Positions 42,163-50,036 are shown, counted from the stretch's first letter. The stretch: 64,000 nucleotides of DNA from an archaeon (GCA_018657525.1 JABHWZ010000002.1:84590-148589); one strand, 5' to 3'. Numbers and translations are program-made. The notes: a model not told the origin generated them from the sequence alone.

Positions 42163-42531
42163 CTAATCAAAAAAGGATTCATATTCACGTATAGCCCAAA
42201 ATGTATCTTCTGCTGGAATACCTTTTTCAGTAGCATTTTCTATTGTTTTTAGACCATTCGAGACAGCAATAAATTTTGCTTCCCCTCTTTCAACTCTTTC
42301 CTTTACTTGAGGTAAATTCCAAATAGTTTCAGAAGGTGTAACATCTGGGCTTCCACTATGCCCAAAATTAGCATCCATTAAATATCTATCATAATCTTTT
42401 GCTTGAGCCTGGGCTTCCATTTCCTCAAAAGTATCTATTACCTTAACATAATAACCTCGAATCTCAGCTAATGCTTCCACATTCTCTTTAAGAACATAAT
42501 CATGCAATCCTATTAAAGCTGTTTTTGTCAT
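42163..42531 (-). CDS. hypothetical protein (122 aa)
   Basis: ORF with a possible flavodoxin/CheY-like alpha/beta pattern. Not callable. Confidence 0.5.
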   Translation of the reverse strand: MTKTALIGLHDYVLKENVEALAEIRGYYVKVIDTFEEMEAQAQAKDYDRYLMDANFGHSGSPDVTPSETIWNLPQVKERVERGEAKFIAVSNGLKTIENATEKGIPAEDTFWAIREYESFFD

Positions 42532-42573
42532 AGAATTTCTTTTATTTATTGACTTTTAAACTTTCCGAAAGAA

Positions 42574-42738
42574 TCATTTCTTCTTCAAAGGTCTAAATGC
42601 TCTTTTGTTACATTTCCGACATTTTTCTTTGCCCTCTAGAACTTTAAGCGAAGTCGACTTTTTTTTAGTCTGACAATTCTTACACACAAATACATTCTTG
42701 AACAATCGCGCTTGCGCTTCAGGTATTTTTGTTGCCAT
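42574..42738 (-). CDS. rpl40e: 50S ribosomal protein eL40 (54 aa, MATKIPEAQARLFKNVFVCKNCQTKKKSTSLKVLEGKEKCRKCNKRAFRPLKKK)
   Basis: Hand-translated and not in the track. FPEAxARxF-like N-terminus and the C-x2-C...C-x2-C zinc ribbon are typical of archaeal L40e. Confidence 0.75.
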   Translation of the reverse strand: MATKIPEAQARLFKNVFVCKNCQTKKKSTSLKVLEGKEKCRKCNKRAFRPLKKK

Positions 42739-42793
42739 ATTAATTAAGAATAAATTTGGTTTTTAAATGTTGGGATTTATTGTGAGATAATCC

Positions 42794-43021
42794 TTAAAGA
42801 ACTGGAGTCAAAAGTTTCAACGTAAGTTTACCAAATTCTCTTTGTTTATCTTTATATTCTTGGAGCACATCTGCTTCTTCTAGAAAAGCCATGGGGTCTC
42901 CTCGATATCCCTCTTCACTTAATCCACTAGACATTTTTCTTCTCAGAGGAAATCTTCTAGTTGGCTCTTTTCCTAAATGAGCAAAAACTTCTTTATATTC
43001 TGGTTGGTTTTTTTCTGTCAT
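42794..43021 (-). CDS. hypothetical protein (75 aa)
   Basis: Short ORF with no motif. Confidence 0.4.
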   Translation of the reverse strand: MTEKNQPEYKEVFAHLGKEPTRRFPLRRKMSSGLSEEGYRGDPMAFLEEADVLQEYKDKQREFGKLTLKLLTPVL

Positions 43022-43063
43022 ATTTTTACATAGAAATTTAGTTTTTAAAAATATCTATTCAGG

Positions 43064-43082
43064 ATCATAGTTTCCGTTTAAT
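43064..43082. repeat. 19-nt perfect direct repeat ATCATAGTTTCCGTTTAAT (duplicate of the aIF5A stop region), distal copy
   Basis: Identical to 43131-43149, which contains the last 5 codons plus the stop of aIF5A. The copies are separated by 48 bp containing a hairpin. Confidence 0.9.
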
Positions 43083-43131
43083 TATTTTCGTTCCTTGTCT
43101 GCTGATTTTTCAGCAAGGATAGGTGCAAAAA

Positions 43132-43524
43132 TCATAGTTTCCGTTTAATGATTTTTGTACCTTCAATATCCCAGTATTCGCAATTTCCACTTTCTTCTAA
43201 AGAATCACAAACTTCTTTTTCTGGGCAATCAATATCTAAAGTTTCAAAAGATTCCATATCCATAACGCTGGCCTTTCCTTCGCTTTTTGAAAGAACCTGG
43301 CCCTTTCGTTTGTCTACCATTGGCACCTCTAGTCTATCGTGTCCAGGCACAACAAAAACTTTTTTGTTTCCAGTAATCAAACCAACAGCCTCGATTCTCG
43401 CCTTTGCATGTCCATGTTTACCTGTCTTAGAAATATCAATTTTTTTCACAACACATGGGTGTCCATCCACAATAATATTCGTCCCAACTTTTGCTTCAGT
43501 AGCGTTAATAATTTTTAATACCAT
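43132..43524 (-). CDS. eif5a: translation initiation factor 5A (aIF5A)
   Basis: Hypusination loop SKTGKHGHAKARIE. Confidence 0.9.
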   Translation of the reverse strand: MVLKIINATEAKVGTNIIVDGHPCVVKKIDISKTGKHGHAKARIEAVGLITGNKKVFVVPGHDRLEVPMVDKRKGQVLSKSEGKASVMDMESFETLDIDCPEKEVCDSLEESGNCEYWDIEGTKIIKRKL

Positions 43525-43572
43525 CTTTCAAAGAAAATTTCCTTATTTATAAAAGTTTGTATGATTTTTTAC

Positions 43573-43974
43573 TTAATCTGATTTTATTTGTTCAAGTAAT
43601 GAACTTAAAACCTTTCTATAAACTTCTGCTTCATAAACCTCAACAGGTAAAATGCGCGATGACCTAAGAACAAATGGCTTGGAATAATCCTTCCCTCCGG
43701 CAATCTTGAAAGCATCCCCCAGGGAGTGGGTAGTATGGAAAATTAATTGACTAGCAATTGAATTGGAATTTGGGCTATCAAAATTTTTGTATTCTACTTT
43801 TACTTCCAAATTTCTTGGAAGATTAATGGAACAGCTATGAAAACATGAATTTTCAAATAACATTTGAGATAGTTCCCTACTAAAATCTTCTAAAGTCTGT
43901 GCGTCTTGAGGAGATCGACCTGGAAAAAAGTCAGGCATAATTTTCCCATATTCTAAACTTAAAATTTTACCCAT
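43573..43974 (-). CDS. hypothetical protein (133 aa)
   Basis: ORF with no motif. Confidence 0.5.
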   Translation of the reverse strand: MGKILSLEYGKIMPDFFPGRSPQDAQTLEDFSRELSQMLFENSCFHSCSINLPRNLEVKVEYKNFDSPNSNSIASQLIFHTTHSLGDAFKIAGGKDYSKPFVLRSSRILPVEVYEAEVYRKVLSSLLEQIKSD

Positions 43975-44085
43975 AAACTACAATCCCTTTCAAACTTCTT
44001 AAATCTTTAGACGCTTTAAAATTTATCAAAAACATAACTTCTATATTTCAATTAATTTTATAAACACTCTAACTAACTTACAATT

Positions 44086-44808
44086 ATGGCACTTCAAGAA
44101 AAAGACTTTATTGAAATTGAATTCACTGGCAGAATAAAAGACACCGGAGAAATTTTCGATTCAAACATCCAAGCTGACTTAGACACGGCAGGTTTACAAA
44201 AACAAGAAGTAAAACCATTTGCATTCGCGTTAGGTCAAGGAATGTTTCTAAAAGGTATCGACGAATTTTTAATCGGCAAAGAACAAGGAGAGTATAATAT
44301 TGAACTCTCGCCAGAAAAAGCCTTCGGCCTCAGATCATCTGAACTAGTTCAATTAATGCCAATAAAAGTTTTTGCCCAACAAAAAATAAATCCTGTACCA
44401 GGAGCAGTATTTAATTTCGACGGAAGAATGGGAAAAGTTCTGTCTGCATCGGGCGGTAGAGTAATGATCGATTTCAATCACCCAATGGCAGGAAAGACAG
44501 TAATTTACGATGTCAAAATTTTAAGAAAAATAGAAGATATGAACGAAAAAATTGGTGCCTTTGTAAATTTCTTATTTAGAAAAGATTTCAACTTCGAGGT
44601 TAAATCAAATAAAATAGTTTTGGAAGTTGAAAAAGCAATGTCTAAATTCGCACAAATGTTTGAAGAAAAGTTCAAAGAACTTTTCGGTTTAGGTTTAGAA
44701 ATAAAAGAAATTGCAGAACAAGCTGAAAAAATAGTTGAAAAAGCAGTCAGTGAAAAAAATCTAGATAAAGCGAAAGACATATCAGAAGAAGCAGACCCTT
44801 CTGAATAA
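44086..44808 (+). CDS. FKBP-type peptidyl-prolyl cis-trans isomerase (long archaeal/SlyD-like type)
   Basis: DFIEIEFTGRIKDTGEIFDSN...LGQGMFLKGIDEFLIGK...HPMAGKTVIYDVKIL. Confidence 0.85.
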   Translation: MALQEKDFIEIEFTGRIKDTGEIFDSNIQADLDTAGLQKQEVKPFAFALGQGMFLKGIDEFLIGKEQGEYNIELSPEKAFGLRSSELVQLMPIKVFAQQKINPVPGAVFNFDGRMGKVLSASGGRVMIDFNHPMAGKTVIYDVKILRKIEDMNEKIGAFVNFLFRKDFNFEVKSNKIVLEVEKAMSKFAQMFEEKFKELFGLGLEIKEIAEQAEKIVEKAVSEKNLDKAKDISEEADPSE

Positions 44809-44861
44809 TCATTCTACCTCTCAACAATCCTCTCGAATAATTATCTTTTAGCCCAACAATA

Positions 44862-44870
44862 CTTATAAAT
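44862..44870 (+). promoter_or_regulatory. TATA box candidate for ftsZ, preceded by CCAACAAT
   Basis: CTTATAAAT lies 21-29 nt upstream of the ftsZ ATG. The same CAACAAT-plus-TATA architecture occurs at 46431-47154. Confidence 0.4.
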
Positions 44871-44890
44871 CTAAAAACTATTTTTTAAAC

Positions 44891-46030
44891 ATGGATAGTT
44901 TTAATCAAGAGGGGGGAGAGCAAAATTCTACACAATCTGTCCCTCGCGAAGAAATGCCTTCACGCGGAGTTTCTAATGAAGTTCGAGAAATAGATAGAGA
45001 ACTCGAAGAATTATTAAAACAACAAACTGCAAAAATTAAAGTAATTGGAATCGGAGGCGGAGGAAATAATTCTTTGTCTCGAATGAAAGAAATAGGAATC
45101 AAAGGTGGAGAATTAATTGCAATAAACACCGACGCGCAAGATTTACTTTACGCCCAGGCAGACCAAAAAATTCTAATTGGAAAAGAATTAACTCAAGGAC
45201 TTGGTGCAGGAAGCAATCCCAAAATAGGTGAGGAATCAGCAAAAGAATCTGAATCAGAAATCAAGAAAAAAATTGCAGGTGCAGATATGATTTTCATAAC
45301 TTGTGGTTTGGGTGGAGGAACAGGTACCGGAGCCGCTCCTGAAGTCGCAAGAATCGCAAAAAAGCAAGGTGCTTTAACAATTGGCGTCGTTACACAACCA
45401 TTTGCCATCGAGGGTAAAAAAAGATTGGAAAATGCAACAGAAGGTTTAGAAAAAATGGAGTCAATGGTAGACACTTTAATAGTCATCCCCAACGACAGAC
45501 TTTTAGATTTAGCCCCAGAATTGCCACTTCACACCGCCTTCAAAATCTCAGACGAAATTTTAACCAACGCAGTTAAAGGAGTTACAGAGTTAGTAACAAC
45601 TTCTGGACTAGTAAACTTAGACTTCGCAGATATCAAAGCAGTAATGTCAAACGGAGGAGTTTCTTTAATCGGAATGGGAGAATCAGACACCGAAAACAGA
45701 GCAATTGACGCAATCCAAAAAGCAATAGAAAATCCACTTTTAGATGTCGATATAAATAACGCTGGAGGCGCTTTAGTAAATATTGTTGGAGGACCAGACA
45801 TGAGTTTAGATGAGTGCAAATCAATAATTGAGTTAATCGGCAATAAACTTAGCCCCGACGCAAAACTAATCTGGGGGTCACAAATTTCTGCTGACATGGA
45901 AAAATCAATAAGAGTAATGATAATTATAACCGGTGTCAAAAGTAATCAAATAATCGGACACGGAAAAACAATCGACCAATTAAAACACGACGAAATCGAG
46001 GACGAACTCGGGATTGAATTTTTTGAATAA
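44891..46030 (+). CDS. ftsZ: cell division GTPase FtsZ
   Basis: IGIGGGGNN, tubulin signature GLGGGTGTGAAPEVA, NTDAQ. Confidence 0.95.
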   Translation: MDSFNQEGGEQNSTQSVPREEMPSRGVSNEVREIDRELEELLKQQTAKIKVIGIGGGGNNSLSRMKEIGIKGGELIAINTDAQDLLYAQADQKILIGKELTQGLGAGSNPKIGEESAKESESEIKKKIAGADMIFITCGLGGGTGTGAAPEVARIAKKQGALTIGVVTQPFAIEGKKRLENATEGLEKMESMVDTLIVIPNDRLLDLAPELPLHTAFKISDEILTNAVKGVTELVTTSGLVNLDFADIKAVMSNGGVSLIGMGESDTENRAIDAIQKAIENPLLDVDINNAGGALVNIVGGPDMSLDECKSIIELIGNKLSPDAKLIWGSQISADMEKSIRVMIIITGVKSNQIIGHGKTIDQLKHDEIEDELGIEFFE

Positions 46031-46031
46031 A

Positions 46032-46427
46032 ATGAAAAGTTTAAGGCAGCAAATGGAATCAAATGGATATGAAATAAGAATTTTAACTAAAGGTAACTTT
46101 GCAGATTTTTTAGCATCATCTGCAGTTGCGTTGGCAAAAGCTAATTATTTAGATCTTCAAATTTTTGATTCTAAAAGAGCATTTGAGGGAGAGGATAGAA
46201 TCTTAGTTGAGAGACAGAGGGTTGCATTTATTTATCCTTCTAAGGCATATGATGATTGTAGATTTAACACTCCAAATAAAGGGTTTCCGATGGGACAACA
46301 ATACTATAATCTTTCTTGGAAAGATGCTACAACTGGGGAAGTAGATGATCTGATGCCCTTTCAATCTGATTTTATAGGTCCCTTGAGAGTCAGAAAGGAA
46401 AAAGACTATAATTGGAATAAAGATTAA
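46032..46427 (+). CDS. hypothetical protein (131 aa) tightly coupled to ftsZ
   Basis: The ATG at 46032 lies 1 nt after the ftsZ stop; the track start at 46014 overlaps ftsZ. Confidence 0.55.
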   Translation: MKSLRQQMESNGYEIRILTKGNFADFLASSAVALAKANYLDLQIFDSKRAFEGEDRILVERQRVAFIYPSKAYDDCRFNTPNKGFPMGQQYYNLSWKDATTGEVDDLMPFQSDFIGPLRVRKEKDYNWNKD

Positions 46428-46430
46428 ACC

Positions 46431-46448
46431 ACAACAATTATTAAAAAC
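46431..46448 (+). promoter_or_regulatory. promoter cassette ACAACAATTATTAAAAAC
   Basis: Copy 1 of a repeated CAACAATT-N-TTAAAAAC(C) motif. Its TATA part lies about 21-28 nt upstream of the ATG at 46469. Confidence 0.45.
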
Positions 46449-46468
46449 TACTTTTCTTATTAAATAAA

Positions 46469-46738
46469 ATGGATAAACAATATCGCGACAGAGACCCTCA
46501 ATTAGTTCGTCTCTCTAAGCTAAGAATGTATTGCGGAATTTCTTTTCATAATTTAAAAGCAAAATGTCTTGGAACTGAAGACAATTCTTGCGGTCCTGAA
46601 AATTGTCCTTTGGCTAGAAAAGCAACTTCAGATGATTTAAGAGAACATAAACCCGAACCAATCTCCGAAGATGAACTTGAAACAGGCAATCCTTATCAAG
46701 TTTGGATGGTTCAAACAAGAGAAGTAATTAGGAAGTAA
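46469..46738 (+). CDS. hypothetical protein (89 aa)
   Basis: ORF with its own promoter cassette. Confidence 0.5.
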   Translation: MDKQYRDRDPQLVRLSKLRMYCGISFHNLKAKCLGTEDNSCGPENCPLARKATSDDLREHKPEPISEDELETGNPYQVWMVQTREVIRK

Positions 46739-46755
46739 AATTTAGACAAGGCCCC

Positions 46756-46804
46756 ACAACAATTTTAAAAACCTTTCAGCAGACTACAACAATTCTTAAA
46801 AACC
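46756..46804 (+). promoter_or_regulatory. two tandem promoter cassettes (ACAACAATTTTAAAAACC and ACAACAATTCTTAAAAACC)
   Basis: The copies are 30 nt apart. The second is 21-28 nt upstream of the ATG at 46824. Confidence 0.45.
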
Positions 46805-46823
46805 ATTTTCCTTTTTGAATAAA

Positions 46824-47105
46824 ATGAGCGAAGAATCCCCTTCAGAAGGAAGACAATATTCTAAGGACCAAGTACAACAAATTAGGAACATTGATAGTCA
46901 ACAGAGAGATTTAACTGAAGGATTAAAGAAAAATAAAAACCCTCCTCTTCCAGAAGTTTATTCTCAGGTTTTAATATTGAGAGAAAAAATGGATGAGTAT
47001 CTTGAATTTTATGGAGAAAGAATTATTCCAGAGCAGGAAATAGGTAAAACTCTCTTAACTTTTCTAGGATCCAAACAGGGGGATCTTGATGATATTCCGT
47101 TCTAA
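46824..47105 (+). CDS. hypothetical protein (93 aa)
   Basis: First ATG at 46824; the track start at 46815 is TTG. Confidence 0.5.
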   Translation: MSEESPSEGRQYSKDQVQQIRNIDSQQRDLTEGLKKNKNPPLPEVYSQVLILREKMDEYLEFYGERIIPEQEIGKTLLTFLGSKQGDLDDIPF

Positions 47106-47137
47106 TCAATATCAACTTAAAACACCTTAATGTAATC

Positions 47138-47154
47138 CAACAATTTTAAAAACC
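47138..47154 (+). promoter_or_regulatory. promoter cassette CAACAATTTTAAAAACC upstream of secE
   Basis: The same motif, 19-28 nt upstream of the secE ATG at 47173. Confidence 0.45.
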
Positions 47155-47172
47155 CTTTATCTCTATTTATTT

Positions 47173-47346
47173 ATGGTAACTCAAAAACTAAAATCATTTT
47201 TCGTTCAATGCAAACGAGTTTGGACTGCATTAAAAAAACCATCCAAAAAAGAATTTAATCAAACCGCAAAAGTTGCAGCAATCGGAATTTTAATCTTGGG
47301 CGCTTTAGGGTTTTTAATCTCAATTGCAATGAAAATTTTTGTATAA
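47173..47346 (+). CDS. secE: preprotein translocase subunit SecE / Sec61gamma (57 aa, MVTQKLKSFFVQCKRVWTALKKPSKKEFNQTAKVAAIGILILGALGFLISIAMKIFV)
   Basis: Hand-translated and not in the track. An amphipathic basic N-terminus plus a single C-terminal TM helix. The position upstream of spt5-rpl11 is the conserved archaeal context. Confidence 0.7.
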   Translation: MVTQKLKSFFVQCKRVWTALKKPSKKEFNQTAKVAAIGILILGALGFLISIAMKIFV

Positions 47347-47362
47347 AAAGATTTAAAAGGTT

Positions 47363-47869
47363 ATGACCATTAATCATTTTATGACGTTGATAAAAGGTTA
47401 TTTAAAATTTCTAAAATATTTTGTTCCAATAGTTATCGGATTGTTTTTGATATTTATTCTTTTTGTTTCATTTATTGCTAAGCAATTTCCCGATGGATTC
47501 GCGATGATGGGTTTATTATTATTAATTGGAGGATTAGGGGTAATTTTATTTCTTGTGGGGGTAATTTTAGCTTTAATTGATTATTTTTTTGGAAAAGGCG
47601 AAGAGGAAATCAAAACAATTGAAAGTAATCCTCAAAATAAACCAAAAACAATTCTCTCTGTTCCAAATGAATCAAAAAAATTTCCTCTTCCCCTTCTGGG
47701 AGGTTTAATAGGAATTTTATTTGGTCTTTTAACAAGTTTAACTTATCTTGGAAAGGATTACGCAGATTTTGGATATATTGCTTTAAATGTTGGGGCAGCA
47801 ACTTTTTTTGCCTATCTCCCTTTAGGAGTTTTTATTGGATGGCTAATTGCTAAATTCAAAAAAGATTAA
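47363..47869 (+). CDS. hypothetical membrane protein (168 aa, about 4 TM) inserted between secE and spt5
   Basis: Hydrophobic helices; starts 16 nt after the secE stop. Confidence 0.55.
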   Translation: MTINHFMTLIKGYLKFLKYFVPIVIGLFLIFILFVSFIAKQFPDGFAMMGLLLLIGGLGVILFLVGVILALIDYFFGKGEEEIKTIESNPQNKPKTILSVPNESKKFPLPLLGGLIGILFGLLTSLTYLGKDYADFGYIALNVGAATFFAYLPLGVFIGWLIAKFKKD

Positions 47870-47946
47870 TCATAAAAAGATTTAAATACCCCTAATTTTA
47901 ATTAATTATATCTACTTCTTTGAAGTTAAGAAGTAGTGGACACAAA

Positions 47947-48399
47947 ATGATTTTCATTATAAAAGTAACAACAAACAAAGAAGAACGATCCGTCGACATG
48001 ATTGCTGAGAAAGCTCAGAAAAAAAATCTAAATGTTTTTTCAGTTTCAAGACCTTTCGGACTTCGAGGATACATCTTACTAGAAGCTGAGGACAGAGATT
48101 CTGCAGAAGAATCAGTTTTTAATTTACCTTATGTAAAGGGAATAATTGGGAAAACAATTCCTTATGAAGAAATTCAAAACATGGTTGAACCATCAGCGAC
48201 GACAATTTCAATTCAAGAAGGTGACATCGTTGAAATTATTGGAGCAACTCTAAAAGGCGAAAAAGCCAAAGTTACAAGAATCGACAAACAAAAAGAAGAA
48301 GTCGTTGTAAATTTATTAGGAGCAGTAGTTCCATTACCAGTCTCAATTAAATTGGATAGCGTAAAGGTTATAAGGCGTGAATCTGAGGAAGAAGAGTAA
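47947..48399 (+). CDS. spt5: transcription elongation factor Spt5 (archaeal NusG)
   Basis: NGN domain (IFIIKVTTNKEERSV...GYILLEAEDRD) plus a KOW motif (EGDIVEIIGATLKGEKAKVTRID). ATG at 47947. Confidence 0.85.
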   Translation: MIFIIKVTTNKEERSVDMIAEKAQKKNLNVFSVSRPFGLRGYILLEAEDRDSAEESVFNLPYVKGIIGKTIPYEEIQNMVEPSATTISIQEGDIVEIIGATLKGEKAKVTRIDKQKEEVVVNLLGAVVPLPVSIKLDSVKVIRRESEEEE

Positions 48400-48833
48400 T
48401 GGAAATAAAAGATTTATTAGAATTAGGGAGGGGAAAAATTAGAGACTTTAAAAGCAAAGTTATGCCTAAAGGATATTTTGAAGAATCTGTTAGGGTTTGT
48501 TTAAATTTAAAAGGAAAAGACCCCGCTTCAGATAAATTTGCAGAAGCATTCGAAGAATTTTGGTTATTCAATATTAGACAAGCTACCTATCAAGAAACGC
48601 TTCATGATAGAATGAAAGCAATTGTTGAATCTAGTAGGAATGTCGAGGGGGGGAAAGATCTCGTTGAGTATCTTGGACGAACCTCTTTAGAGTTTAGAGC
48701 AAGGTCAGACGCAATCACCCAAGTAAGAACTAATTATAGACTTTGGAGAGAAGGTCAACAAGATTATTCTGTTTTTGAAGATTCTTTAAGAGGAGCATTA
48801 ACTTTAAATAAACAAATCGGAGTAACTCAATAA
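48399..48833 (+). CDS. hypothetical protein (144 aa) intercalated between spt5 and rpl11
   Basis: TAATG overlaps at both ends. Its first 4 codons (MEIK) and 14 nt are identical to the rpl11 start. Confidence 0.65.
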   Translation: MEIKDLLELGRGKIRDFKSKVMPKGYFEESVRVCLNLKGKDPASDKFAEAFEEFWLFNIRQATYQETLHDRMKAIVESSRNVEGGKDLVEYLGRTSLEFRARSDAITQVRTNYRLWREGQQDYSVFEDSLRGALTLNKQIGVTQ

Positions 48834-49531
48834 TGGAAATAAAATTATTAGTTGAAGGTGGAGCAATGAAACCCGGACCAGCAATCAGTCAACAGCTTGG
48901 GCCAGCCGGAATCAATATGGGCAAAGTCATTTCTGATGTTAACGACGCTACTTCAGGTTTCAAAGGATTAAAAGTTCCAGTAACTTTAGAAGTTGATACA
49001 AAATTAAAAACATTTGAAATTAAAGTATTCTCCCCACCAGTTTCAGAATTATTAAAAAAACAATTAGGATTAGAAAAAGGCGCCGGAGAACAGAAAAAAA
49101 TTCAGGCAGGAAACGCCTCTATTGAAGATATAATTTCTGTTGCAAAAACAAAATTACCCAATTTATTATGTAAGGACTTGAAAGCTGCAGTTAAAACAAT
49201 TGCAGGAACTTGCGTTAGTTTAGGATTATTAATTGAAAATCAACCAGCTGTTAAAATTGCAAGCGAAGTAGAGGCAGGAAAATATGATAATGAAATTCAA
49301 GAACAAAAAACAGAAACAGATGCAGAAAAAAGAAAACAATTAGATTCATACTTTAAGGATTTACATTCAGCTCAAGAAAAGCAGAAGAAAGAAGAAGAAG
49401 AAGCTGCTGCTGAAGCTGAAAAGGAAGCAGCTGCTGCCGCTGAACCAAAAGAAGGAGAAGCAGCTCCAACAGCACCAACAGCAGAAGGCGAGGCTCCAGC
49501 ACCACCCGCAGCAACAGAGGAAAAGAAATAA
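48833..49531 (+). CDS. rpl11: 50S ribosomal protein uL11 with a Glu/Ala/Pro-rich C-terminal tail of about 70 aa
   Basis: The core KLLVEGGAMKPGPAISQQLGPAGINMGKV... is uL11. The tail is KKEEEEAAAEAEKEAAAAAEPKEGEAAPTAPTAEGEAPAPPAATEEKK. Confidence 0.9.
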   Translation: MEIKLLVEGGAMKPGPAISQQLGPAGINMGKVISDVNDATSGFKGLKVPVTLEVDTKLKTFEIKVFSPPVSELLKKQLGLEKGAGEQKKIQAGNASIEDIISVAKTKLPNLLCKDLKAAVKTIAGTCVSLGLLIENQPAVKIASEVEAGKYDNEIQEQKTETDAEKRKQLDSYFKDLHSAQEKQKKEEEEAAAEAEKEAAAAAEPKEGEAAPTAPTAEGEAPAPPAATEEKK

Positions 49532-49557
49532 AAACCCTCTGTAATTATAAAAATCAT

Positions 49558-49630
49558 GGGGCGGTAGTATAGCCTGGTAGTATTTCAGGTTTGGGACCTG
49601 ACGACCGCGGTTCAAATCCGCGCCGTCCCA
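49558..49630 (+). tRNA. tRNA-Pro (anticodon UGG); no encoded CCA
   Basis: Hand-folded. Acceptor GGGGCGG/CCGTCCC (one G-U pair), D loop AGCCTGGTA, anticodon stem TCAGG/CCTGA with loop TTTGGGA, T arm CGCGG-TTCAAAT-CCGCG, discriminator A. Confidence 0.85.
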
Positions 49631-49673
49631 TTCGGTGTTATAAACACCGTGGGTTTGAATTAAGTAAAATAAA

Positions 49674-49898
49674 ATGGCAACAAAATTAAAAAAAACAAAG
49701 TCAGCAGGAAGGTTTGGAGCTAGATATGGGAGTACCCTAAAAGCTAAACTTACTAACGTGGAAGAAAAACAAAGAAAAAGACAAACCTGCCCAATTTGCC
49801 AAAAGGCAGGCGCAAAAAGATTATCTAACGGAATCTGGCAATGTTCAAAATGCAACAAAAAATTTGCATCAAATACATATCACTTACAGGAGGATTAA
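49674..49898 (+). CDS. rpl37ae: 50S ribosomal protein eL43 (L37Ae)
   Basis: GRFGARYGSTLK... and the zinc ribbon CPICQ...WQCSKCNKKFA. Confidence 0.9.
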   Translation: MATKLKKTKSAGRFGARYGSTLKAKLTNVEEKQRKRQTCPICQKAGAKRLSNGIWQCSKCNKKFASNTYHLQED

Positions 49899-50036
49899 AT
49901 GGTAGAATACAAATGCTTCAAATGCGGGCACAAAATTGAATCAGAAGATCTTAACAAGAGATTTGTCTGTCCAGAATGTGGTTCAAAGATTTTCAACAAA
50001 CCGCGAACTAAAGTAAAAAAAATAAAAGCAATTTAA
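49899..50036 (+). CDS. rpoP: DNA-directed RNA polymerase subunit Rpo12 (RpoP) (45 aa, MVEYKCFKCGHKIESEDLNKRFVCPECGSKIFNKPRTKVKKIKAI)
   Basis: Hand-translated and not in the track. C-x2-C...C-x2-C zinc ribbon. It abuts rpl37ae and pfdB with 0-nt gaps, which is the conserved archaeal neighbourhood. Confidence 0.75.
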   Translation: MVEYKCFKCGHKIESEDLNKRFVCPECGSKIFNKPRTKVKKIKAI

